The position numbers and the translations under genes are program-made. From positions 335,274-399,273 of the forward strand of contig JBFWOG010000001.1 in NCBI GenBank assembly GCA_050250645.1: 64,000 nt of DNA. Direction: 5' to 3'. Below the pieces are notes generated by a model, which saw only the letters and a program-made list of their open reading frames with translations, was not told where the DNA came from and searched no databases. Positions 8,905 through 17,530 of this stretch are shown here, in pieces. The DNA comes from Vicinamibacterales bacterium. Lineage in GTDB: Bacteria > Acidobacteriota > Vicinamibacteria > Vicinamibacterales > UBA2999. The first letter of the stretch is position 1. Each line of letters starts with the position of its first letter.

Positions 8905-8940
8905 GGCAGGCAAGGGGGACAGACCTCCTGTTCTGCCTTT
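8905..8940 (+). terminator. Candidate intrinsic terminator after the pseudopilin gene
   Basis: GGCAGGCAAGGGGG-ACAGA-CCTCCTGTTCTGCC imperfect hairpin followed by TTTCC, directly after the TAG at 8902-8904. Confidence 0.35.
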
Positions 8941-8965
8941 CCATTCAGACGTCGCGGCGCCTGGG

Positions 8966-10702
8966 TCAGCCGGTCACGGTCTTCCAGCCGCGGCGCCCGA
9001 CGTCGCGGGCGACCAGCCATCCGGCCGCCGCGGCGACGGCGAAGAACGGGGCGGCGGCCAGCCAGCCCGAGAAGAGCACCCGCCCCATCCCGAAGAGGAC
9101 CGCGTAGATCAGCACCCAGCCGGCCACCCAGTCGAGGAGCAGGCCGAGGACGGGCTCGGGCGGGGGCTCGCCCGCGCGCGCCGCGACCCCGCGCCAGCCC
9201 GGGCCGCCCGGCCGGCATCGGCGGTAGAACCGCTCGAGGTGGGCCTCCGGTTCCGGCGGGGTGAGGAGCGTCACCGCGAGCCAGCAGGTAGTCGTCCAGG
9301 CCACGAGGGCGAAGAGGGTGGCCGGAAACGCGAGGTCGGTCAGGAACTTCAGGCCCGCATAGCCGACCGCCGCCGCGACCATGGCGCTGATCTCGGACCA
9401 GGCGTTCACGCGCCACCAGTACCAGCGCAGGATCAGGACGAGGCCGATTCCGGCGCCCGACTCGAGCACGAACTCCCACGCCTGCCGCACGCTGTCGAGG
9501 TAGAGCGTGACCACGCCGCTCAGCACCATCAGGGCAACCGTGGTCACGCGCGACACGCTCACGTAGTGGCGTTCGGGAGCGTCCGCGCGGACGAACCGGC
9601 GGTACACGTCGTTGACGAGGTACGACGTGCCCCAGTTGAGCTGCGTCGAGATGGTGGACATGTATGCCGCGAAGAAGGCTCCGAGCAGCAGGCCGCGCCA
9701 GCCCGGTGGCAGGTAGTCGCGCAGCACGAGGACGTAGCCGGCCTCCTTGTCGGTGAGCCCCGGATACAGGATGACCGAGGCGAGCCCGACGAGGATCCAC
9801 GGCCACGGCCGCAGGCAGTAGTGCGCGACGGTGAACCAGAGCGTGGCCAGGAAGGCATGGCGCTCGTCCTTCGCCGACATCATGCGCTGCGCCACGTAGC
9901 CGCCGCCCCCCGGCTCCTGTCCCGGGTACCAGCTCGCCCACCACTGGACGGTGACGTAGGCGAGGAAGGCGGTGAGGGGCAGGGACGCCGCCCCGGCGAC
10001 GCCGCCCGCCCCGAACGCGGGGACGAAGTCGAGCGAGCCGGCGGGGAGGCGCTCGGCGAGGCCGGCAAGGCCGCCGACCTCCGGGGCCCGGAGCGCGAAC
10101 CACGCGAGCGCGACCGAGCCGGTCATCGCGAGGGCGAACTGCGCCATGTCGGTCACGACCACGCCCCACAGGCCGCCGAGCGCGCTGTAGATGCCGGTGA
10201 CGGCGAGGCTGACGAACACCGCGGTCAGCCGGTCCCACCCGAGCGTGACCGCCAGGACCTTCGCCATCGCGAGGTTCACCCAGCCCATCACGACGCAGTT
10301 GATGGGGAGGCCGAGGTACACCGCGCGAAAGGCCCGGAGCAGGGCGGCCGGCCGGCCGCTGTAGCGCAGCTCGGCGAGCTCGACGTCGGTCAGGATGCCG
10401 GCGCGGCGCCAGAGGCGCGCGAAGAAGAACACGGTCAGCGCGCTGCCGAGCGCCGCGCTCCACCAGATCCAGTTGCCCGAGATGCCGTTGGCGGCCACCA
10501 GCCCCGCGACGGCGAGGGGCGTGTCGGCGGCGAAGGTGGTGGCCACCATCGAGGTGCCGGCCAGCCACCAGGGCAGCCGCCGGCCGCCGAGGAAGAAGTC
10601 GGTCACGCTGCGGCCGCCGCGCCTGGCGAGCAGCAGGCCGATGGCCGCGGCGCCGGCAAAGGTGGCCGCGATGATCGCCCAGTCGATGGGAGCGAGGCTC
10701 AC
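8966..10702 (-). CDS. Sodium:solute symporter (SSS) family transporter
   Basis: 578 aa polytopic protein. N-terminus DFFLGGRRLPWWLAGTSMVATTFAADTPL is the SSS signature region. Confidence 0.85.
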   Translation of the reverse strand: MSLAPIDWAIIAATFAGAAAIGLLLARRGGRSVTDFFLGGRRLPWWLAGTSMVATTFAADTPLAVAGLVAANGISGNWIWWSAALGSALTVFFFARLWRRAGILTDVELAELRYSGRPAALLRAFRAVYLGLPINCVVMGWVNLAMAKVLAVTLGWDRLTAVFVSLAVTGIYSALGGLWGVVVTDMAQFALAMTGSVALAWFALRAPEVGGLAGLAERLPAGSLDFVPAFGAGGVAGAASLPLTAFLAYVTVQWWASWYPGQEPGGGGYVAQRMMSAKDERHAFLATLWFTVAHYCLRPWPWILVGLASVILYPGLTDKEAGYVLVLRDYLPPGWRGLLLGAFFAAYMSTISTQLNWGTSYLVNDVYRRFVRADAPERHYVSVSRVTTVALMVLSGVVTLYLDSVRQAWEFVLESGAGIGLVLILRWYWWRVNAWSEISAMVAAAVGYAGLKFLTDLAFPATLFALVAWTTTCWLAVTLLTPPEPEAHLERFYRRCRPGGPGWRGVAARAGEPPPEPVLGLLLDWVAGWVLIYAVLFGMGRVLFSGWLAAAPFFAVAAAAGWLVARDVGRRGWKTVTG

Positions 10703-10712
10703 TGACGGCGGA

Positions 10713-11750
10713 TTATACGGCCAGGTCCGCCACGACGGCGTCGTGGAAGGCGCGGCGCAGCGCCTGGATGCCCTCGCCCGCCCGCGTCGGATGGACGCGG
10801 TTGGTGAGCAGCACGACGTAGAGGTCCTGCTCGGGGTCGATCCAGACCGACGTCCCGGTGAACCCGGTGTGCCCGATGGCGGCTGGCGAGAGGCGCGTGC
10901 CGCACGACGAGGTGGGCAGCATCGTGTCCCAGCCGAGGGCGCGCGAGCTGCCTGGCACCAGCGATCGCCGGAGGAACCGCTCCGTCAGGGGATCGGGGCG
11001 GCGCGCCAGCTCCAGCCACCACCGCGCGGCGAGGCCCGTCGCCGCGGCCGTCCCGAAGAGGCCGGCGTGGGCGGCGACGCCGCCGAGCGCCCACGCATTC
11101 TCGTCGTGCACCTCGCCCGTGAGCAGGCGCGCCCGCCACGGGTCGTCCTCGGTGGCGGCGGTGCGGGGCCGCCAGGCGTCCGGGCAGCCGTAGCGGACCT
11201 CGCGGTCCTCGCCGATCGTGCGCGCGCGCCACGCGTCGAACTGCCGATCGAGGGGCGCGCCGCCGGCGTCCTCGAGGACGAACCCGAGGAGCATGAAGCC
11301 CAGGTCCGAGTACACCGAGGCCGACCGCGGCGCGTAATCGAGGGGCTCCACGCAGATGGCGCCCTCGAAGGCCGGCCGCGCGCGAAGCGTGAGGTAGTAC
11401 GGGCGGTGCGCGGGGAGTCCCGAGGCGTGCGCGAGGAGATCGGCCACCGTGACGGCGCGCCGGTCCGCGCCGGACCAGCCCGGGATGAGGCTCGCGACGG
11501 GCGCGTCGAGGTCGAGCCGGCCCGCCCCCGCCAGCTCGCGGGCGATCGCCGTCGTCGCGAGCACCTTCGTGAGCGACGCCAGGTCGAAGACCGTGTCGGC
11601 CGCCGCGCGCGGCGCGCCACGGGTGGCGGCCAGGTGGCCGGCGGCGTGGGTCCAGACCGGCCCGGCCGAGCGGCCGACCTCCGCCGTGGCGGCGCTGGCC
11701 ACCCCGTCGGCGAGCGCCCGGTCGATCAGCGTCGCGGCGCCAGCACGCAT
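10713..11750 (-). CDS. Serine hydrolase, beta-lactamase/PBP-like family
   Basis: SxxK motif (FDLASLTKVLATT) and YSD motif (SVYSDLGF). I place the start at the ATG giving MRAGAATLIDRAL (11750). The longer ORF to 12026 overlaps the upstream transporter gene. Confidence 0.8.
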   Translation of the reverse strand: MRAGAATLIDRALADGVASAATAEVGRSAGPVWTHAAGHLAATRGAPRAAADTVFDLASLTKVLATTAIARELAGAGRLDLDAPVASLIPGWSGADRRAVTVADLLAHASGLPAHRPYYLTLRARPAFEGAICVEPLDYAPRSASVYSDLGFMLLGFVLEDAGGAPLDRQFDAWRARTIGEDREVRYGCPDAWRPRTAATEDDPWRARLLTGEVHDENAWALGGVAAHAGLFGTAAATGLAARWWLELARRPDPLTERFLRRSLVPGSSRALGWDTMLPTSSCGTRLSPAAIGHTGFTGTSVWIDPEQDLYVVLLTNRVHPTRAGEGIQALRRAFHDAVVADLAV

Positions 11751-13153
11751 GTGATCCACGCCACGCCGCAGGTGGTGGCGGCCCCGATGAAGACGTACCA
11801 GGTCCACGCGACGTCGGTCCAGCCCCAGACGACGGTCATCGTCGCGAGGCCGGCGGCCATGCCGGCGAGGGCGTCGCGGCTCGTCACGCGCGGGACGAGC
11901 GTGCCGAGCAGGAACGCGCCGAGGACCGCGCCGGACGCGAACGACAGCACGGCGAGTCCCGCGTCGAGGACGGAGCGGTCCATCAGTTGCGCGGCGAGCG
12001 CGACGCCCACCTGTGCGACGCCCCACCCGATGGTCGCCAGCCGCGAGACGCGCATCTCGGTCGCCGGGTCAGCGCCGGGCCGCACGTACGGCAGGTAGAA
12101 GTCCTTCACCGTCGTCGCCGCCATCGCGTTCAGCGAAGGGGACAGGGCCGCCGCGACGATGGCGGCCACGATGAAGCCGGCCGGGCCGTGCGAGAGGGAC
12201 GTCACGACGAACAGCGGCAGGATCTCGTCGGTGCGCCCGAGCGGCGCGGGGAGCGGCGTGTGCTGGTAGTAGACGAAGAGCATCACGCCGATCAGGAGGA
12301 ACACGATGAACTGGGCGAAGACGATGACGCCGCTGAGCACGAGGCCGCGCGACGCCTCGCGCGCGTTGCGGGCCGAGAGCAGGCGCTGCACGAGGAACTG
12401 GTCGGTGCCGTGCGTGGCGAGCGTGAGCGCGATGCCGCCGATCACCCCGGCCCAGAGCGTGTAGACGCGGGACGGGTCGAGCGAGAGGTCGAGGACCGCG
12501 AACTTGCCGGCCGCCGCGCCGGCGGTGATCACCTCGTGCCAGCCGCCGGGAATCCGCTGGAGCAGGGCGGCCGCCACCGCGGCGGCGCCCGCGATGTAGA
12601 CGAACATCTGGATCACGTCCGTCCAGATCACGGCGGCGGCGCCGCCGCGGACGGTGTAGACGATCATCGCGGCGCCGAGCACCACGACGACCCAGCTCAC
12701 GGGCACCTGGGTCACGACGGCGATGACGAGCGCCGTGGCGAAGAGCCTGACCCCGTCGGCGAGCGTGCGGGTGACCAGGAAGATGCCGGCCGAGAGGGCC
12801 GTCACCGGCCCGCCGAACCGCCGGGTCAGCAGCTCGTACGACGTGTAGAGTTCCCCGCGGAAGTACGCAGGGATGAAGAGGACGCTCACGAGCAGCCGGC
12901 CCAGCACGTAGCCGAGCGCCAGCTGCAGGAACGTCATGTCACCCGCGTACGCGGCCGCCGGGATGCCGATGAAGGTCAGCGTGCTCGTCTCGGTCGCGAC
13001 GATGGTGAAGCAGATCGCCCACCACGGCACCGAGTGGCCGGTGAGGAAGTAGTCGCGGGTCGTCTTCTGGAACCGGCCGAACCAGGAGCCGAAGGCGGTG
13101 ATGGCGGCCAGGTAGCCGCCGATGACCAGGTAGTCCGCCCAGCTCAGGACCAT
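11726..13153 (-). CDS. Sodium:solute symporter (SSS) family transporter
   Basis: 475 aa polytopic protein. DYFLTGHSVPWWAICFTIVATETSTLTFIGIPAAAY is the SSS signature. Confidence 0.85.
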   Translation of the reverse strand: MVLSWADYLVIGGYLAAITAFGSWFGRFQKTTRDYFLTGHSVPWWAICFTIVATETSTLTFIGIPAAAYAGDMTFLQLALGYVLGRLLVSVLFIPAYFRGELYTSYELLTRRFGGPVTALSAGIFLVTRTLADGVRLFATALVIAVVTQVPVSWVVVVLGAAMIVYTVRGGAAAVIWTDVIQMFVYIAGAAAVAAALLQRIPGGWHEVITAGAAAGKFAVLDLSLDPSRVYTLWAGVIGGIALTLATHGTDQFLVQRLLSARNAREASRGLVLSGVIVFAQFIVFLLIGVMLFVYYQHTPLPAPLGRTDEILPLFVVTSLSHGPAGFIVAAIVAAALSPSLNAMAATTVKDFYLPYVRPGADPATEMRVSRLATIGWGVAQVGVALAAQLMDRSVLDAGLAVLSFASGAVLGAFLLGTLVPRVTSRDALAGMAAGLATMTVVWGWTDVAWTWYVFIGAATTCGVAWITCVLAPRR

Positions 13154-13165
13154 GCCGGGCGCCGG

Positions 13166-14428
13166 CTACTCCGACCCGGTGCCGAAGGCGGCGCGCCCGA
13201 GCTCGGTGAGCGTGGCCGCGCTGTTCGGCGGGCTCACCAGCGCATCGTACGAGAAGAGGATGGTGCCGCTCGCGCCCAGCCGGCGCGCGGCGTTCACGTG
13301 CCTGACGGTCTCCGCCGGCGACAGGCGGTACGCGCCGACGCCGGCCCAGACCGGCGTGCCCGCGGCGAGGTCCCGCGCCGCCGCGACCTGGCGGCTGAAC
13401 TCGGCCGCGTCCTGCGTGTAGGCCATCGGGCAGAGGACGTCGATGAGCGACTGGTCGAGCCAGGTCCGCCAGTCCTGCAGCTTCTCGCTCGCCGCAGCCG
13501 CCGCGTCGGGCACGACGGCCGCGCTCAGGGCCGCATCCGGCCGCACCGCCTTGACCACCGTCCGCAGGCGCATCACGAGCGCCGTCAGGCGCGACCGGCG
13601 GAACGCGTCCCAGCGCCGCGGGTAGAGGTCGGTGTAGGCGGCGGGGTCGAGCCGCTCGCGCGCGTCGGCGGCCTGGCGCTGCGGCTCGGTCAGGTCGGGC
13701 AGGACCGAGGCCCGGAAGGCGGCGAGCGTCGCCCGGCTGTAGTCGAAGTTGGCGTTCGGGTACCGCACGTAATCGAGGTGGACGCCGTCCACCGCGTACC
13801 GCTCGACGATGTCGCGCACGACGTCGGCCGTGTACTGCGCGGCACCGGGGTGGACGGGGGAGAGGAAGAGGCCCTCCACGGCGGCCGAGTGCGCGCGCGT
13901 CCAGCGGGCGATGCGGCCCACGTAGGTGGGGCTCCGGGGGTCGGCGTCCTTCAGCTCCACCGCGAGATCGCGGGGGACCATCAGCCACTCGGGCTCCCGG
14001 TAGACGATGTGCTCACGCGAGGCCGGCAGGTCGTAGGCGCTCGACACCAGGTTGACGGCGAGCCATGCGTGGACCCGCAGGCCCGCGGCGTGCGCCTGGC
14101 GCAGCACCTCGGCCAGCGGATCGAAGTCCGGGTGGGCCGCCAGCTCGCTGGCCCGCGGCTCCAGGCCGCCGGCGTAGTAGGCATCCCCCCGTCCCCGCAC
14201 CTGGACGAGCAGCGTGTTGAATCCGCCCGCCTCGGCCGACCGCACCATGTCGGCGACGGCCTCCGGCGAGACCAGGCTGTAGCGCGTCACCCACAGGGCG
14301 CGCACCTCCGCGTCGGGCTGCGTCCACGGACGCGCCGCGGGCAGGCTCGCCGCCGCGGCGACGAGCGCCAGGACGGTCACGAGGACCAGGCGGGAGAGCG
14401 GCCAGGAGGATGCTGGGGCTAGACGCAT
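13166..14428 (-). CDS. Secreted glycoside-hydrolase-like family 10 (GHL10 / YngK-type) protein
   Basis: RALWVTRYSL...GFNTLLVQVRGRGDAYYAGGLEPRA...HAAGLRVHAWLAVN matches the GHL10 (DUF187) TIM-barrel pattern. The start is taken at MRLAPASSWPLSRLVLVTVLALVAAAA, which gives a signal peptide. The ORF track extends to 14626. Confidence 0.65.
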   Translation of the reverse strand: MRLAPASSWPLSRLVLVTVLALVAAAASLPAARPWTQPDAEVRALWVTRYSLVSPEAVADMVRSAEAGGFNTLLVQVRGRGDAYYAGGLEPRASELAAHPDFDPLAEVLRQAHAAGLRVHAWLAVNLVSSAYDLPASREHIVYREPEWLMVPRDLAVELKDADPRSPTYVGRIARWTRAHSAAVEGLFLSPVHPGAAQYTADVVRDIVERYAVDGVHLDYVRYPNANFDYSRATLAAFRASVLPDLTEPQRQAADARERLDPAAYTDLYPRRWDAFRRSRLTALVMRLRTVVKAVRPDAALSAAVVPDAAAAASEKLQDWRTWLDQSLIDVLCPMAYTQDAAEFSRQVAAARDLAAGTPVWAGVGAYRLSPAETVRHVNAARRLGASGTILFSYDALVSPPNSAATLTELGRAAFGTGSE

Positions 14429-14657
14429 GTCGAACACATAAATGTAACATGGGGGCCGGCGCGCCGGTGAATCTCCGGGCGAGCCCATCTCGTCATTAGA
14501 ATGGAGATCTGTCCCGGTGCGGGCGTGGCCCGCTCGCGTCCGGCCTCGCCCCTGGCGACGGCCGGCACGGGACACCGACCGGGGTGGCGCGCCCCCCTGT
14601 CGGACCACTGGCCTTGAGACATCCAACCGGCGTCGACCGATTCACTCGAAATTCCAC

Positions 14658-15389
14658 GTGCACATTTCTGTTTTCGACCACGAAGGCGCCCTGGCGGCTG
14701 CCCTGGCCACCCGCGTCGCGGACCTGGTCGCCGCCCGTCCGGCGACGGTCCTGGGGCTGCCCACCGGGCGCACGCCCCTTCCGTTCTACGAGCAGCTCGT
14801 CGCCCTCAGCCGCGCGCGGGGGCTGGACTGGAGCGAGGTGAGGACCTTCAACCTCGACGAGTTCGTGGGCCTGGGCGCTGGCGACCCCGGGAGCTACCGC
14901 CGCTTCATGGAGGAGCGGCTGTTCGCGCCTCTCGGCATCGCGCCGGGGCAGGTGGGCTTCCTCGACGGCCGCGCCGGCGATCTCGAGGCCGAGTGCGCGC
15001 GCTACGAGGCGGCGATCGCGGCCGCCGGCGGCATCGACCTGCAGTTGCTGGGTATTGGCGCCAACGGCCACATCGGCTTCAACGAGCCGGGGGACCACCT
15101 GGAGGCGCCGACGCACGTCGTCACCCTCCTCGCTCGCTCGCGCGCGGCGAACGCGCTCTGGTTCGGGGGCGAGCTCGCGCGGGTGCCCGGACAGGCGCTG
15201 TCGATGGGGATGGCGGCGATCCTGCGCAGCCGCGAGATCATCCTGCTGGCGACCGGGGCCGAGAAGGCCGAGGCCGTGCAGGCCGCCGTGCGGGGGCCGC
15301 TGACGACGCGGGTGCCGGCGTCGTTCCTCCAGCTGCATCCGCGCGTGTCGCTCTTCCTCGACGCGGAGGCAGCCGAGCGGCTGGGGTGA
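14658..15389 (+). CDS. nagB: Glucosamine-6-phosphate deaminase
   Basis: LGLPTGRTPLPFY, FNLDEFVGL and GIGANGHIGFNEPG motifs. I place the start at GTG 14658 (MHISVFDHEG). The upstream part of the ORF is Arg-rich and non-homologous. Confidence 0.85.
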   Translation: MHISVFDHEGALAAALATRVADLVAARPATVLGLPTGRTPLPFYEQLVALSRARGLDWSEVRTFNLDEFVGLGAGDPGSYRRFMEERLFAPLGIAPGQVGFLDGRAGDLEAECARYEAAIAAAGGIDLQLLGIGANGHIGFNEPGDHLEAPTHVVTLLARSRAANALWFGGELARVPGQALSMGMAAILRSREIILLATGAEKAEAVQAAVRGPLTTRVPASFLQLHPRVSLFLDAEAAERLG

Positions 15390-15510
15390 GCCGTGCGGCC
15401 GCCTGGCGCGCCGCATCGACCGATTCAGTAATTATGGATGGCGGTGTCGAACCGCGGACCGACGGCCGCGACAACGGAGCGGCCGGCAGTGACTCGGGGC
15501 GGACACGCCA

Positions 15511-16494
15511 CTAGCCCTGCCCGGGGTGCTGCTCGAGGAGCTCGCGGAGCCGCGGCTCGATGTCCTCGCCGATGGCCTCGCGCACCTGGTCGCCGGCCTG
15601 GCGGAGGCGGACAGACGCCTTCTGGAAGTTCAGGCCCGTCTTCTGCATCACGATCGCGATCTTGACGTTGCCGCGGGCCCGCTTGAGCAGCTTGTCGGCC
15701 TCGTCGTAGTCGAGGCCCGTCACGATGTGCAGGATGCGCCGTGCCCGGTCCCACAGCTTCGCCGACCCGGTCTGCACGTCCACCATCAGGTTGCCGTAGG
15801 TCTTCCCGATGAGGATCATCGCGCCCGTCGTCAGCATGTTCAGGACGAGCTTGGTGGCGGTGCCCGCCTTGAGGCGGGTGGAGCCGGCGATGACCTCGGG
15901 ACCGACCGACGGCGCGATGGTGAGGTCGACGAAGTTCTGCAGCTCGGTCCGGGGGTCGCACGTGACGAAGATGATGCGGGCGCCGGCCTGGCGCGCCCGG
16001 GTGAGCGCCCCCCGCACGAACGGCGTCATCCCGCTCGCCGAGACGCCGATCACGACGTCGCGCTTGGTCGGCGTCAGCCGGTTCACCTGCCGCGCCCCCT
16101 CCTCGTAGTTGTCCTCGGCCCCCTCGCGCGTCTGGACGAGCGCCGCGCGCCCGCCCGCCATCACCGCCTGGACGACGGACGACTCGGTGCCGAAGGTCGG
16201 GGGCATCTCGGCCGACTCGAGCACGCCGAGCCGGCCGCTCGTGCCGGCCCCGACGAAGATCATGCGGCCGTGCTTCCTGAGCGCCTTCGCGATCATGTCC
16301 GCGCCGAGGGCGATCCGCTCGCGCTCCCGCTGGACCGCGGTGAGGACCTTGCGGTCCTCGGCGAGCATCAGGTCGATGATGCCGCTCGCCGGCAGCTTGT
16401 CGATGGCGAGCGTCGAGGGGTTGATCGCCTCGGTGGGGAGGGACTGCCACTTCGAATGTGCGGGCATAGGACCGAAACTCCCGGTACTGGCCAA
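15511..16494 (-). CDS. murQ: N-acetylmuramic acid 6-phosphate etherase
   Basis: SIS domain FVGAGTSGRLGVLESAEMPPTFG and an N-terminal SLPTEAINPSTLAIDKL pattern typical of MurQ. An alternative start is at 16467. Confidence 0.85.
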   Translation of the reverse strand: MASTGSFGPMPAHSKWQSLPTEAINPSTLAIDKLPASGIIDLMLAEDRKVLTAVQRERERIALGADMIAKALRKHGRMIFVGAGTSGRLGVLESAEMPPTFGTESSVVQAVMAGGRAALVQTREGAEDNYEEGARQVNRLTPTKRDVVIGVSASGMTPFVRGALTRARQAGARIIFVTCDPRTELQNFVDLTIAPSVGPEVIAGSTRLKAGTATKLVLNMLTTGAMILIGKTYGNLMVDVQTGSAKLWDRARRILHIVTGLDYDEADKLLKRARGNVKIAIVMQKTGLNFQKASVRLRQAGDQVREAIGEDIEPRLRELLEQHPGQG

Positions 16495-16517
16495 ACGGTG
16501 ATGCTAGCACAAGGGGG

Positions 16518-17417
16518 TTGTATGCTGGCGCCATGAGCCTCGTCGACGGGTACCTGACCCACCTGGCGGTCGAGCGGCGCCTGTCTCCCCACAGCGTGGA
16601 CAGCTACGGCCGCGACCTCCAGGCGCTGGCCCTCTTTGCCGGGGAGCGGCCGCCGGAGGCCCTGAGCCGGCAGGAGCTCGAGCAGTTCATCCGCGACCGG
16701 ATGGCCGAGGGCCGGGCGCCGAGCTCGGTGGCCCGCCTGGTCGCCTGCCTCCGCGGCTTCTACCGGTACCTCGTCGTCCACCAGCATCGCCCCGACAACC
16801 CGGCGGCCGACCTGGCCGCGCCGCGAGCCTTCAAGATCCTCCCGAAGTACCTGACGCCGGGCGAGGTCGACCGGTTGCTCGCGGCGCCCGACGTGTCGAC
16901 CCCGCGCGGCATCCGCGACCGGGCCCTCATCGAGCTCCTGTACGCGACGGGCCTCCGCGTGTCCGAGCTGGTCGGTCTCCGCGCGCAGGACGTCAACCTC
17001 GAGGGGGGCTACCTGACGACGACGGGGAAGGGGCGCAAGGAACGGCTCGTGCCCTTTGGCGACGAGGCCGGCAGCTGGGTGTCGCGGTACCTCCGCGAGG
17101 CCCGGCCGGCGCTGCTCGGGCGCCGCAGCTCGGCCCGCCTGTTCGTCAACCAGCGGGGCGGGGGCGCGGGGCTCTCGCGGATCGGCTTCTGGAAGATCCT
17201 GAAGGCGTACGGCGCGGCCGCGGGGATCACGCGGGATCTGAGCCCGCACGTCCTCCGGCACTCCTTCGCGACCCACCTCCTGGACCGCGGCGCCGACCTG
17301 CGGGCAATCCAGATGATGCTCGGGCACGCCGACCTGTCCACGACCCAGATCTACACGCATGTCCTCGACGAGCGCATGCGGACGGTCTACGACCGGTTCC
17401 ACCCGAGGGCGGAGTAG
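16518..17417 (+). CDS. xerD: Tyrosine recombinase XerC/XerD family
   Basis: 299 aa. Catalytic region LRHSFATHLLDRGADLRAIQMMLGHADLSTTQIYTHV and an N-terminal SAM-like domain (YLTHLAVERRLSPHSVDSYGRDL). Confidence 0.8.
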   Translation: MYAGAMSLVDGYLTHLAVERRLSPHSVDSYGRDLQALALFAGERPPEALSRQELEQFIRDRMAEGRAPSSVARLVACLRGFYRYLVVHQHRPDNPAADLAAPRAFKILPKYLTPGEVDRLLAAPDVSTPRGIRDRALIELLYATGLRVSELVGLRAQDVNLEGGYLTTTGKGRKERLVPFGDEAGSWVSRYLREARPALLGRRSSARLFVNQRGGGAGLSRIGFWKILKAYGAAAGITRDLSPHVLRHSFATHLLDRGADLRAIQMMLGHADLSTTQIYTHVLDERMRTVYDRFHPRAE

Positions 17418-17440
17418 GGCCGGCGTCGGATTCCCCCCGC

Positions 17441-17530
17441 CCGTATCCCTTCCCGTATCTGTGTAATCTGTGTCATCTGTGGCTCCTGTGGCTCCTGTGG
17501 CTCCTCTGGCATCTCTGGCATCCGTGGCCC
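17441..17530. repeat. Tandem 9-bp-unit repeat tract (element A), single arm with no inverted partner nearby
   Basis: CCGTATC x2, ATCTGTGT(A/C) x2, CTGTGGCTC x3, CTCTGGCAT x2, ending CATCCGTGGCC. It resembles the right arm of element E (44034-44098). Confidence 0.8.

Noticed and set aside
14633-15427. The 12-mer TCGACCGATTCA occurs as a direct repeat on both sides of nagB: at 14633-14644, 14 bp before the start, and at 15416-15427, 27 bp after the stop. nagB is the only plus-strand gene between minus-strand neighbours, which could hint at an insertion with target duplication or paired operator sites.
   Set aside because: Exact 12-mer coincidences are not rare by chance in 64 kb of compositionally biased sequence; I cannot compute the expectation here. 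There is no integrase or other mobility signature, and the nagB composition looks native. It is worth a quick genome-wide count of the motif but is not supportable as a feature.
15441-15456. A tRNA T-arm-like hairpin, GCGG-TGTCGAA-CCGC, in the nagB-murQ spacer.
   Set aside because: The loop does not fit the T-loop consensus (TTCRANN). No acceptor, D or anticodon arms can be built around it, and the stem is only 4 bp.
17441-17530. Short tandem repeats here and at 19249, 24054, 33484, 44034, 45824 and 53399 as possible CRISPR arrays.
   Set aside because: The units are only 7-10 bp (about 20 bp in G) and are directly abutting with no unique spacers. The arrays are under 70 bp and no cas genes are present. 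They are reported as a separate repeat class instead.
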